DNA of 37,557 nucleotides from an uncultured archaeon (GTDB lineage Archaea > Thermoplasmatota > Penumbrarchaeia > JASLWR01). A program made the position numbers and the translations under genes. The stretch spans positions 37,894-75,450 of the forward strand of contig CAYFHS010000020.1 in assembly GCA_964342815.1 (NCBI GenBank). The letters are read 5' to 3'. This document shows positions 16,796 through 28,200 of this stretch, piece after piece. A model generated the notes under the pieces. The model worked only from the letters and a program-made list of their open reading frames with translations, searched no databases and had not been told where the DNA came from. Each line of letters starts with the position of its first letter. Position 1 is the stretch's first letter.

Positions 16796-19700
16796 ATGAA
16801 AAGTACACTTGTAGTGTTGGGGGTATTGATCCTCACGGCAATCCTCATCGGAGCTGCCAACAACGACGTTATCATAGAAGAAAAGGATAATAGGGAAGGA
16901 ACTGTCAGGTCAGTTTCCTATAACGGAGAAGGATCATTCTCAATGAAAACAAGAGCTGGAAATTGGTTTATAAAGACAGTTGATACCACAAATTCCGTTG
17001 GTTATTACACATCCATTGCCCTTGATGACAAAAATATACCTTACATTTCCTATTATGATTCCACCACCGAAAATCTCAAATTCGCCAAATTTGACGGTTC
17101 GAACTGGAACGTGGAGATCGTAGATGAACAGGGGGATGTGGGTAAAGGTACCTCTATAGCTGTAGACAGCAGTAACAATATTCATATTGGTTATGTTGAT
17201 TATACGAACCGAGACTCCAAATACGCTTACTTCAATGGTAGTGCATGGACCAATGAAACTGTGTATGCATCGGGACTTATTGCCGCAGTCTACATGTCCA
17301 TTGCAGTGGATTCAAATGACCGTCCGCATATGTGCTGGTACGACCAGCAAGGGGGCAATCTTAGGTATGCATACCACGATGGAAATCAATGGAACAATGA
17401 AATCGCAGTTAGTACGAATGTTGTCGGACTGTATTGTTCGATCGATATAGCTTCGGATGACCGGCCCCATATCAGTTATTACGATGGTACTGATGATGAT
17501 GTGCAATATTCCTACAAGAATCAATCAGGGTGGCAAACTCAAAAGGTGGACACCAACGGAAATGTCGGATGGTACACTTCGATAAAATTGGACTCGAACG
17601 ATCGACCGCATATAAGTTATTACGATTCGACCCTTGACGATTTAAAATATGCTTATTATGATGGGAATCAATGGCATAATGAAACAGTGGAATCTCAGGG
17701 TAACGTCGGTTCGCATACATCAATTGATCTGGACACTTCCGAACGTCCGCATATCAGCTATTATGACACTACGAATACAAACTTGAAATACGCTTACAAT
17801 GATGGAAACCAGTGGCATAATGAAACCATTGATAATAATGGCGTTACGGGGGATTATACTTCTCTCACATTGACCACAAATGATGTGCCTCATATAAGTT
17901 ATCGACGCGAGAAGCACTTGAAATACACCGTTCTGGATAATAGTACACCAAACTCAACTGTAAATCCTTTAACGGGCTACTGGAAGCACGATTCCATCAA
18001 CATCACGGCTAACGCGACAGACAACGGGGAAAGTGGCGTGGATTCCGTGGAACTCTTCTATCGATACAGGGTGAATAAAACCTCGAACTGGGGCGGCTGG
18101 AACTCATCCGGAGTGGACACAAAGGAACCCTGGTCCTGGAGATTCAATTTCTCGGAGGGAGTGGGACGTTACCAGTTCTACTCCAATGCCACCGATCATG
18201 CGGGACGCGTGGAATCTTCACCTGGGTCGAAGGATACGAAATGCGGATATCGACCAAATAGATGGTCGATACTGACGCTGGATGCACCGGGATCCATTGG
18301 CAAGTATACATCCATGGCCCTGGACGATCAAAATATGCCTCATATCAGCTACTACGACGATACGAGCGACGATCTGAAATACGCTCATTTCAACGGGATA
18401 CAATGGCTCATTCAGACAGCAGACTCACCTGATAGTAGGGGGAAGTATTCCTCTATCGCTGTGGGTGCTGATCGCAAGGTACATATTAGTTATTATGATG
18501 ATACCAATGACGACCTGAGATACGCTCTCCTCGACGATGGGAACTGGACCCGGGAGGTCATCGATTCCTCTGGCGATGTCGGGAAGTATACGTCCATCAC
18601 GTTGGACTCAAACAACAGGCCGCACATCAGTTACTATAACGGCAGCAATACGAACTTACAATATATATATTATGACGGGGCCAAGTGGAATAAAGAGACA
18701 GTTGACACCACGGGAGTTATGGGTTGGTATACATCCATCGCATTGGATTCCAATGATAAACCCCATATCGCTTATTACTATGTCTCCGGTGCCGACCTGA
18801 AATATGCCCACAAGAACGGAAATTGGCAGAAAGAAACGGTTGATTCCGGGGGAAGTGTCGGGTATTACACGTCACTCGTGTTGGACACGAACGATAATCC
18901 ATATATCAGTTACAGGGACGAGACGAACGATGATCTGAAATTTGCCCATCATGATGGGAACCAGTGGAAGATCAAGGTGATCGATTCAGTGGGAAATACT
19001 GGGTATCACACCTCTATAGCGCTGGATGGCCTCGAGAGACCCTTGATAAGTTATTACAGCATAACCGATACGGATCTGAAATATGCCTATTTAGATGAGA
19101 ACGAATGGCACCTGGAAACGATTGACTCGGACGGAGCTGTGGGACAATATATGTCAAATGCAATTGACAGTTACGGCCGCACCCATATCAGTTATTACTC
19201 TTCCACCGGCTCGGAACTGAAATACGCCGTGTACGATTATAAAGCCCCCATATCGAGGGTGGATCAAATTTCACCGTACTGGGGCAAAACGTCACCGTTA
19301 ACAATTACGGTAAGCGCAACGGATATCTACGACGATTTCGAAAAAGGCTGGGGGAGCTGGCGGAACATGGGCGGGGATGACTTCGATTGGTCTCGAAATA
19401 ACGGTTCCACCCCAAGTCCGAATACCGGACCTTCGTCGGGAGCCGATGGAAGCACCTGGTACATATACACTGAAGCAATAGGGAATTATAAGAAGGAGGC
19501 TATCATTGAGAGCCCCTCCATCGATTTCAATCTTAGCGGGGATGAAAAGATGACTTTCTACTACCATATGTACGGATCCAAAATGGGTAATCTCACCCTC
19601 GAAGAGAATACCGGTGGTTCCTGGAATAAACTGTGGGAAAGGAAGGGACCTCAGGGGAATCAGTGGAATTATACCTCTGTGGACCTGTCTTCATTATCCG

Positions 19701-22700
19701 GAATGGGAAAATTGAGATTCATAGGTGTAACGGGAGAGTCATTTTCAAGTGATATCGGTATAGACCAGATCGCAATTTTTGCAGGGAATTCTCTTAACAC
19801 GGTGGAGAATGTCACTCTATGGTATCGGTATTCCCAGAATAATAATTCCTGGGGTGGATGGACATACTTCGGAAAGGATTCCACGGATCCTTGGTCCTTC
19901 AATTTCAACACTCCGGAAGGAACCGGTTATTATCAGTTCTATTCCATGGCAAACGACACTCTTGGAAACCGAGAAAGGCTTCCCGCTTCCTGGGATACTG
20001 TGTATGCTTACGATCCTGATGCTCCCGTGATCTCCACACCGGCCATGTACAATGGAAACTATCAAAATAATCATTTCAATGGCGTCATATCAATTCGATC
20101 CGACGTATCGGACGCGGGTATAGGTCTCAATACCAGTTCCTGTCTGAGATCGGTAAACGGTGGGGGCTATTCCAATGCCAACTCTTACTATTCAACCGGA
20201 AAATTGTATTTCGATAATTACAATCCTGGGGCTAGTTTCAACCTGAGATTGAGAATGTCCGATAAACTTGGTAACCAGCAGACCAGTTCCCAGGTAACCT
20301 TTACATATGACGGTACAGCTCCTACCTTTGGAAATCCGGAAATATATAACAGTTCCACTTATGGAGTATATTATAATGGTCGGATCAATATTAGGGTTAC
20401 TGCCGCGGATGCTGGTGTCGGACTGGATGTTGGAACTCCCCTTTATTCTCTGGATAACGGTGCGAACTGGCAAAATGCGGATTGGGACGGCACCTACATT
20501 TATAAAGAGAACTTGAACCCGGGGGGGAACATAGATATCAAATTCCGGATTAAGGATCTTCTGGGAACCGAAGGAAACAGCAATATGCTGAATATGAAAA
20601 TCGATAACAATCGTCCCGTATCGTCGGTAAATGGTATAAATCCATATTGGAGAACAACTTCCCCCATCACAATCTCCAATTCCGTTACCGACAATGGTGA
20701 AAGCGGGGTTCGAGACCTTGCATTATGGTATAAATTCAGCGTGGATAATACGAGCTGGACACAGTGGAAACCCTTTGGGCTCAAAATAAATATGTGGAAT
20801 TTTGATTTCACAGCACCGGATGGTGACGGATATTATCGTTTCTATACCATTGCCAACGATACCGTGGGAAATCAGGAAAATTCCCCGGCCGGGGGTGGCG
20901 CAGATACATTATGCGGTTATGATTCCAAAGCACCGACAATAGATCAAGACTTTAGTCCCGGCCACGGTACCACCGGAGACCGGTTTACCATTAAGATCAA
21001 GGCATTGGATAATATCAAGGTAACCGCTGTAACTGCTACGTGGGGTCATGGCGGTAATGGGGGGAGTGATGTACCATTGACCGACAACGGGGACGATAAT
21101 TGGACTTTGACCGTAACATTGGATCAAAGCATAGCGCAGTTGAATTTCACCCTGAAATTGAGAGATCCCGCAGGCAATGTTTTCGAAACAGCGCAAAAAT
21201 CTGTGGGTGTAAATGACAACGATATACCGGGTATTACAGCGGATCATACGGGACAGACGGGATATACCGGAGACAGCTTCGCGTTTTCGGTGGATGCAGC
21301 AGATAATATCGGGTTCGGGATCGTTCAGATCAACTGGACCCAGGGTCAGAATTCCGATGTTCTCGTGCTTCAGGATCAAAACGGGAACGGGAACTGGATC
21401 GGTACGTTAAATTTAGCTCCGGATAGTGTTAAAGACCTTGTCTACGAGATCTTTTTAGAGGATGAGGCGGGAAACGTCAACAAGAGCCAAATGAAGACCA
21501 TTCAGGTAATGGATAATGACAATCCTGTGTTAGAGGGAGATAACAGCGTTGATATCGGTACGACTGGAGACCAATACAATTTCACAATTATTGCTTCCGA
21601 TAATATTGGTGTTGAAAAAGTTAGGGTGAACTGGGCACACGGAGGGCTCATGGACGTTGCCGTTCTTAGGATCGATGGGCAGGGAAGGTGGCAAGGAAAT
21701 ATCACTACTAATGAATTATCAATTGAGTCGCTCAATTATAATATTACAATTGAAGATAATGCCGGAAATTCATTTGAAAGTGCAATGAGACAAATTGAGA
21801 TCAAGGATAACGATCCTCCCAAGTTTGATGGTGAGATCGATCATGAAATTCCAAAAACCGGTGAAATGATCAATGTCACAGTGCGGATGATGGATAATAT
21901 CAATGTAAGTGAAGTTTTCGTGGTATTCAACTTTGAACGTGGTCGGGATGAAATGACCGAACCTATGGAAAGGGTAGCAGGGAATATTTGGAGGTTTACG
22001 GGTCAGGTCCCCCATGATGCCATCGTTATTAATTATTTCTTTTTGGCAAACGATGAAAACGGAAATCATCTGAATACCCGGGATGAATTCGGTGTGAACA
22101 ACAAGAGTGTCGATGATACGATCCTACCCCAGGCAGTGGCCGGTGGTGTTCAAGACGTGGAACAATATGAGATTGTTGAATTCAATGGTGGAGGCTCTCA
22201 CGACAATACAGGTATCGAGAATTTTACCTGGAGTTTCAACTACGATGGTAAAGAGATCCAATTATACGGTGATATTGTGGGATTTCGATTTGATCTTCCT
22301 GGGCAATTCGAAATAACATTGACCGTTTGGGATCGAGATGGCAATTCGGGCATCAGTCACACCTTTGTCAATGTCAAGGATATCACACCGCCCAACGCTG
22401 AAGCAGGGGAGGATGTGGTGGAAATCGGCCAGGAGCAAGAGGTGCATTTTAATGCTGAGCAAAGCAGTGATAACGTGGGAATCGTAGAATATATCTGGAA
22501 ATTTTCCTATGATGGGGAAGAACGTGAATTCCGTGAAATGGAGTTCAAGTTCAATTTTGATATTCCTGGAGAGTACAACGTAACATTGACTGTCATCGAT
22601 GGGGAAACAAATTTGGATCGGGATTTTGTAACGGTTATCGTCAGAGACATCCATAAACCGGAAATCCATCTATCCATCAATGGTGATGAAATAAATAATG

Positions 22701-25039
22701 ATGAGAAATACAATGTCTTGCGTGACGACCAGATCGAGATGAACGCCCGAGGCAGCAGTGACAATGTCGGTATCGTAGAATTTTCCTGGAAAATTCAATG
22801 GCTTGACACCGAAGAGGTATTGCATGGCGACATTATTAATTATAGATTCGATCAATCCGATATTTATACTGTAACTCTTACGGTTGTTGATGCAGCGGGA
22901 AACACTGCTGAATTGGGATTCGAAATAAACGCGAAGGCCGGGGATAATGAGGCTCCAATCGCAAAGATCGCCGTTGATGGAAAATATGTAAAAAGGGGAG
23001 ATATTTGGGAAACAATGATCGGAACCGAGCTTAATTTCAATTCCGGTAAAAGCCACGACAATCTTGGTATCGTAGCCAGGGACTGGTATGTGGAAGGTCC
23101 CATTGGGGAAGAAAATTTTTCGGGGCCTGATATTAGTTATACATTCAATGAAATAGGGGTGTATACTGTTACTCTCACAGTTTATGACGATGTAGGTAAT
23201 TCCCACAGCATGAGCATAAACATTGAGACTATAAAAGAAGAGCCGGTAAAAGCCAGCGTAGGCCCCTTAAAGGATGAAGATGGTACTCCAGTTGCAGATG
23301 CCCAAGTGATCATTGAATATGATGGAGAAGTATACACGGTAAAGACCGATAAGGACGGAATGGCACATTTCGATATTCCCGTGGCGGAAATTCCCCCTGG
23401 TACAAAGATAACGGCCACAAAAGATGGGGAAGAAATTGAGTGGACTCAGGGTGAAAACCAACCTTCTTTCAAATCGCAGGGAGATGATGGAGGACCTCCG
23501 GTCATATTGATCGGAGTGGGTATTGTGATATTGATATTGATAATTATTATTTTCATAATCGTAAAGAGAAGGAAAAAAGGCGGCGAAGAAGGGAAAATGG
23601 AGGAAATGGTCGAGGACGGGGAAGAAGAGGTTGAAGAAGAAAAGGAATTGGTCGAGGAAGAAATGATTGGACCTCAAGCCGTGGTGACGAAGCCCAAGGA
23701 AAAGAAATCCAAAGCTCCGGTGAAGGAAGGAATCAAAGGAAAAAGCAAGAAAGAAAAGCCGGGTAAAAAAGGGAAAGCGAGAGAAAAAGCCAAAGCAAAG
23801 AGGAAAGAGAAGATCGAGGAAACCATTCGGGAATATGAAGAAGAGCTTGAAGATGAAGGGGAAAAAGAGGAAGATGAGGAGGAAGAGGAAATTGTGGAGG
23901 AGTATGGGGGGGAAGAGGATATTGAAGAGGAGGATATTGATGAATGGGATAGTGGGTCCGAAGATTATGATGATGTGGACGAGGAAGAAGACCTTCCCCT
24001 GCCCCCGCCCCCCGAGGAGTTGAAGGATCATCTCGCCGCCCTTTCATTGGAAAAGGTTTCGTCTTCTATAAGAAACATCATTCCCGGGTATATAATAACC
24101 GACAAGCTTGGGGCTGGTGGTTTTGCCACGGTTTACAAAGCGCTAAACAGGGATGGGGTCGCAGTTGCTCTCAAGCTGCCCAAGTTCCTTGACGAGACCA
24201 TCGACAGCTCGGTTCTTAGAAAATTCCAGGCCGAGGCAGATATCTGGAAGAAACTGAATCACAAGAATATCGTCACCTTTCTCGGTAGCGATGTCAGGCC
24301 CATTCCATATATGTCCATCGAATTGATGGAGGGTGGAAACCTTGCGGGTCTGTTGAAGGACCACCGTCTTTCGGTGAAGGAAGCAAAACCACTGATACTC
24401 CAGATACTGGACGGTCTTTCCTATGCCCACCGAATGGCATCGGTGCACAGGGATATCAAACCTGAAAATATATTATTTACCAAGGACGGCATTCCAAAGA
24501 TCGCGGACTGGGGCATTGGCAAGTTCATGGCCTCTGAAAGCGTGTCCCAGAGTATCGGAACCAAGGGAACCTTTGCCTATGCTGCTCCGGAGCAGTTCGA
24601 CCGAGAGACCTACGGACAGGTGGACTGGTCCACTGACCTTTTCCAGGTCGGTATCGTCTTCTACCAGATGCTTACCGGTGTGAATCCCTTCATGGCCGAC
24701 GAGCTTGCACGGGTCATGGGATTGATCCTCACGAAAACCCCTGATCCACCCAGTAAATACAATCCCGAAATATCGACGGAGCTTGACGAGATCGTAATGA
24801 AGTGCATCGAGAAGAAGAAAGAGGACCGATGGAGAAGCACCGACGTTGTATACAGCCAGCTAAAGGATATGGAGAAAAAGAAGCTCGTGAGCCTGAAGAA
24901 ATATCGCAGGTCACTTGAGCGGGCCTTGAAGGATGGAATAATTTCCGAAGACGAGGATGTTATGCTCTCCGAACTGAGAGAACATATGAGCATTTCTGAC
25001 TCAGAACACTCGGCTCTTGTGGATGAGATTATGAAATAG
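16796..25039 (+). CDS. Giant receptor-like Ser/Thr kinase 1: two 7-blade propellers, Ig-like domains, MAM, 4 PKD-like domains, TM, charged linker, Hanks kinase, C-terminal helical domain
   Basis: Signal peptide; 14 repeats of VDxxGxVGxYTSIALD..PHISYYD..LKYA; MAM motif; single TM followed by KRRKK; kinase motifs GAGGFATV, VALK, HRDIKPEN, DWG and APE. ATG 16796 is preferred because GGTGG lies 5 nt upstream. Confidence 0.9.
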   Translation: MKSTLVVLGVLILTAILIGAANNDVIIEEKDNREGTVRSVSYNGEGSFSMKTRAGNWFIKTVDTTNSVGYYTSIALDDKNIPYISYYDSTTENLKFAKFDGSNWNVEIVDEQGDVGKGTSIAVDSSNNIHIGYVDYTNRDSKYAYFNGSAWTNETVYASGLIAAVYMSIAVDSNDRPHMCWYDQQGGNLRYAYHDGNQWNNEIAVSTNVVGLYCSIDIASDDRPHISYYDGTDDDVQYSYKNQSGWQTQKVDTNGNVGWYTSIKLDSNDRPHISYYDSTLDDLKYAYYDGNQWHNETVESQGNVGSHTSIDLDTSERPHISYYDTTNTNLKYAYNDGNQWHNETIDNNGVTGDYTSLTLTTNDVPHISYRREKHLKYTVLDNSTPNSTVNPLTGYWKHDSINITANATDNGESGVDSVELFYRYRVNKTSNWGGWNSSGVDTKEPWSWRFNFSEGVGRYQFYSNATDHAGRVESSPGSKDTKCGYRPNRWSILTLDAPGSIGKYTSMALDDQNMPHISYYDDTSDDLKYAHFNGIQWLIQTADSPDSRGKYSSIAVGADRKVHISYYDDTNDDLRYALLDDGNWTREVIDSSGDVGKYTSITLDSNNRPHISYYNGSNTNLQYIYYDGAKWNKETVDTTGVMGWYTSIALDSNDKPHIAYYYVSGADLKYAHKNGNWQKETVDSGGSVGYYTSLVLDTNDNPYISYRDETNDDLKFAHHDGNQWKIKVIDSVGNTGYHTSIALDGLERPLISYYSITDTDLKYAYLDENEWHLETIDSDGAVGQYMSNAIDSYGRTHISYYSSTGSELKYAVYDYKAPISRVDQISPYWGKTSPLTITVSATDIYDDFEKGWGSWRNMGGDDFDWSRNNGSTPSPNTGPSSGADGSTWYIYTEAIGNYKKEAIIESPSIDFNLSGDEKMTFYYHMYGSKMGNLTLEENTGGSWNKLWERKGPQGNQWNYTSVDLSSLSGMGKLRFIGVTGESFSSDIGIDQIAIFAGNSLNTVENVTLWYRYSQNNNSWGGWTYFGKDSTDPWSFNFNTPEGTGYYQFYSMANDTLGNRERLPASWDTVYAYDPDAPVISTPAMYNGNYQNNHFNGVISIRSDVSDAGIGLNTSSCLRSVNGGGYSNANSYYSTGKLYFDNYNPGASFNLRLRMSDKLGNQQTSSQVTFTYDGTAPTFGNPEIYNSSTYGVYYNGRINIRVTAADAGVGLDVGTPLYSLDNGANWQNADWDGTYIYKENLNPGGNIDIKFRIKDLLGTEGNSNMLNMKIDNNRPVSSVNGINPYWRTTSPITISNSVTDNGESGVRDLALWYKFSVDNTSWTQWKPFGLKINMWNFDFTAPDGDGYYRFYTIANDTVGNQENSPAGGGADTLCGYDSKAPTIDQDFSPGHGTTGDRFTIKIKALDNIKVTAVTATWGHGGNGGSDVPLTDNGDDNWTLTVTLDQSIAQLNFTLKLRDPAGNVFETAQKSVGVNDNDIPGITADHTGQTGYTGDSFAFSVDAADNIGFGIVQINWTQGQNSDVLVLQDQNGNGNWIGTLNLAPDSVKDLVYEIFLEDEAGNVNKSQMKTIQVMDNDNPVLEGDNSVDIGTTGDQYNFTIIASDNIGVEKVRVNWAHGGLMDVAVLRIDGQGRWQGNITTNELSIESLNYNITIEDNAGNSFESAMRQIEIKDNDPPKFDGEIDHEIPKTGEMINVTVRMMDNINVSEVFVVFNFERGRDEMTEPMERVAGNIWRFTGQVPHDAIVINYFFLANDENGNHLNTRDEFGVNNKSVDDTILPQAVAGGVQDVEQYEIVEFNGGGSHDNTGIENFTWSFNYDGKEIQLYGDIVGFRFDLPGQFEITLTVWDRDGNSGISHTFVNVKDITPPNAEAGEDVVEIGQEQEVHFNAEQSSDNVGIVEYIWKFSYDGEEREFREMEFKFNFDIPGEYNVTLTVIDGETNLDRDFVTVIVRDIHKPEIHLSINGDEINNDEKYNVLRDDQIEMNARGSSDNVGIVEFSWKIQWLDTEEVLHGDIINYRFDQSDIYTVTLTVVDAAGNTAELGFEINAKAGDNEAPIAKIAVDGKYVKRGDIWETMIGTELNFNSGKSHDNLGIVARDWYVEGPIGEENFSGPDISYTFNEIGVYTVTLTVYDDVGNSHSMSINIETIKEEPVKASVGPLKDEDGTPVADAQVIIEYDGEVYTVKTDKDGMAHFDIPVAEIPPGTKITATKDGEEIEWTQGENQPSFKSQGDDGGPPVILIGVGIVILILIIIIFIIVKRRKKGGEEGKMEEMVEDGEEEVEEEKELVEEEMIGPQAVVTKPKEKKSKAPVKEGIKGKSKKEKPGKKGKAREKAKAKRKEKIEETIREYEEELEDEGEKEEDEEEEEIVEEYGGEEDIEEEDIDEWDSGSEDYDDVDEEEDLPLPPPPEELKDHLAALSLEKVSSSIRNIIPGYIITDKLGAGGFATVYKALNRDGVAVALKLPKFLDETIDSSVLRKFQAEADIWKKLNHKNIVTFLGSDVRPIPYMSIELMEGGNLAGLLKDHRLSVKEAKPLILQILDGLSYAHRMASVHRDIKPENILFTKDGIPKIADWGIGKFMASESVSQSIGTKGTFAYAAPEQFDRETYGQVDWSTDLFQVGIVFYQMLTGVNPFMADELARVMGLILTKTPDPPSKYNPEISTELDEIVMKCIEKKKEDRWRSTDVVYSQLKDMEKKKLVSLKKYRRSLERALKDGIISEDEDVMLSELREHMSISDSEHSALVDEIMK

Positions 25040-25243
25040 AACACAATGATAATTATTCCAGAGGAATTACTCTGAATTCGATCTCTCCGAAGGCCAGTAT
25101 TATTCTTTTAAAAGTAGACGGAGTACCCTGCTGAAAATGGATGGGGATAGTTAAGTTAGTGGAGAGTTTTATAAAGTAATAGATGTATAAAGGGATATTT
25201 GTGATATTGCTTCCAGTACTCTAATTAAAGGAAGGTGAAAGAG

Positions 25244-28200
25244 ATGAAACGTACCATAGTCATTGTGGGAGTTTTGGTTCTTACCATTTTATTATTAATG
25301 GTTGGGAATGAGAACTTCGTATTAATAAAGGAACGATCAGGTAACAATAACGATGTTTCTTCCGTAGAGCAGGTAGAAAAAATGGATAGTTTTGAAAGCC
25401 AAAGCAGGGGTGATAATTGGTTCCGGACGACCGTTGATAGCTTAAACGATGTCGGGAAATACTCATCCATTGCGGTGGATGTGAACGGAATACCTATCAT
25501 CAGTTATGTGGATACCACAAATAACTGGCTGATGTATGCCAAGTTGAACGGATCGACCTGGGACGGTGGAATGATCGATAATGGTAATATTATAGCACAT
25601 ACTTCAATCGCTCTGGACCCACGCAACGGCGAGCCGCATATCAGCTATTTCCGCAATAATAATCTAAGGCATGCATATTACGGAGGAACTCCCGTCGGAT
25701 GGCATATAGATACCGTTGACAATTCAGGGGGAGTCGGTAATTACTCTTCTATTAAGATCGACAGCAGCGGCAATCCCCACATAAGTTATTATGATGCTAC
25801 GAATCGGATTCTAATGTACGCTAAGCACGATGGAAACCAATGGCACAATGAAACCGCAGATGATACAGGGGAAAATAATGCAGGTAATGTCGGAACTTAT
25901 AGCTCTCTCACACTTGATTCCGCTAACAAAGCTCATATTAGCTATTATTCGGGTAGCACTTCGAACCTATTATACGTTAAAGAAACCGAATCCGGAGGTG
26001 GTTGGGGTCGTCAAACACCGGATGCTACCGGTAGTGATAATGCGCGTCAAATCGGCAAATACACATCCATTGTGCTGGACAGCGGGGATAAACCAAGAAT
26101 AAGCTATTATGATGAGAATAACAAAAACCTTATGTTTGCATATAAGGATGCTGCTCAGGGTGGTGGGGTTATCTGGCGAAAACAAACTATCGATCAAAAT
26201 GGAATTGTTGGGATGTATACATCCATATCTGTTGGTATCGACAACCATCTTAACATTAGTTATTATGATCAGACCAACGGCGATCTGAAAATTGCATCTA
26301 ATAATTCGGGTGGATGGGTAATTAAACCCGTGGACACACAGAATGACGTCGGGCTTTACAGTTCAATGGTAATGTGGGGTGAGAATGTGCCATATATCAG
26401 TTACTATGACCAGACAAACGGTGATCTGAGATTTGCTACCATTGACAATGAAAGGCCGAACTTAGTGGATAATACCGTAAGACAGGTGGGGACTGCTAAT
26501 CCGTTGGAATTTAATATAAGTGCAACGGATAACCGAGAAGTAGGTTCGGTACATGTTAACTGGGTCCATGGCAATAATAGCGACAATATGTCCCTGCAGA
26601 AAAGAGGGAATAATTGGCTTGGAACCATAACCACCAGCCAAGATACTAACGATTTAACCTACACGGTTTATGTCAGGGATGTTGCAAGTAATTATGCAAT
26701 TTCTGCTCAGAAGAATGTTCCGGTCACTGATGATGATGCCCCGCAATTTGAAGCTGATAATAGTCCCCGTGAGGGATATACCGGTGACAATTTCACATTC
26801 AAGATCATTGCTCATGACAATATCGGTGTGGAAAAAGTCTGGGTAGACTGGTCCTTCTCAGATGATAGCGATACTCTTTATTTAACTCCAGGTGGTGACG
26901 ATACCTGGCAGGGAGATATTCACCTCGACATCAAACACGTGGGACCTCTTGAGTACACATTCCAGATACAGGATGGTGCCCAGAACACATGGAACAGCAC
27001 CCAGATCTCGATACCGGTCAAGGACAATAAAGCGCCAAAATTAATAGAAGATACAACTGCCGGAGCTCCGGGAACCGAGGAAGTTTTCATAATTTCCGCG
27101 GAGATAATGGACAATATTGGTATTTCACAGGTGGAACTGAAATATTCTTTCAACGGGGATGATTGGCTAAATGAAAGTATGGTTGGCTCCTCTGGAAATC
27201 TCTGGGAATCATCCCTCACGATCCCGAAAAATGCGACCACTCTGGAATATTCTTTCCATATTTTCGATGTGTCCGGGCATGATATTTCGACAAACTTCAC
27301 GCGGCTTCAAGTACGGGATACCATAGCCCCAACGGCAGACGCCGGTGAGGACCTAATGATTCTTGAGAATGAACCTATCACATTTAAAGGCAATAACAGC
27401 CATGACAATATTGGAATAACCCGATATTCTTGGACTTTTGATTATGACGGGGCAATGAAGGAGTTAGAGGGTGAATTCGCTGATTTTACCTTTGCAATTC
27501 CCGGGACATATATAATTACCTTGACCGTGACCGATGGTTCTAATAATACGAACACCGACGAGGTTACCGTTACAGTATTGAAGGAAATTCCCTTTAAAGC
27601 AATTCCGGCGGTAAATGGAAACCCAATAGGTGCCAATGAAAATTTGACTATTTCCTTGGGAACTGGATTGGTGTTTGATGCTCGTAACAGCACTGGAGAT
27701 ATTACGGAATATGTGTGGAACGGAGAAAATGAAGCCGGAGCAGGTAAGCTGGAATTCCAAGGGGCCTTTTTTGTTCATATTTTCGATATTCCCGGTATTT
27801 TCACCGTAACATTAACCGTTTCAAATCCTTCATCCGGGGAGAACGACAGCATTTCCTTTAAAATTATTGTAGAGGAAGCAGGAATGGATGATTCGGAAGA
27901 TCCCATTGTTCTGGTATCTATAAATGGTGAACCCCTGGGCTCAGGTGGAAAATATACCGTGCAAAGAGGTGATCGGGTAATTCTGGATGGGAGAAACAGC
28001 ACTGACGATACAGGGATCGAGAAATATGAATGGTCTGCCGATCTTATTGATAATCCCTTGAAGTTTGAAGGAGGAATTGTAACCCATAAATTTCTGAAAG
28101 CAGGTTCCTATAACGTCACATTGACCGTTACCGATAAAGCGGGAAAATCTGCCAGTATGACCTTCACCATAATTGTGGAGAAAGAGGATATCGTCGAGCA

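Noticed and set aside
16960-19240. Diversity-generating retroelement template/variable pair among near-identical propeller blades
   Set aside because: Differences are not adenine-restricted, the repeats are ordinary in-frame blades, and no reverse transcriptase is in the window.
23267-24047. Long antisense ORFs opposite the kinase linkers (23267-24031, 23733-24047; also 28757-29371)
   Set aside because: They are F/L/S-rich shadows of the E/K-rich sense codons, which lack stops on the reverse strand.
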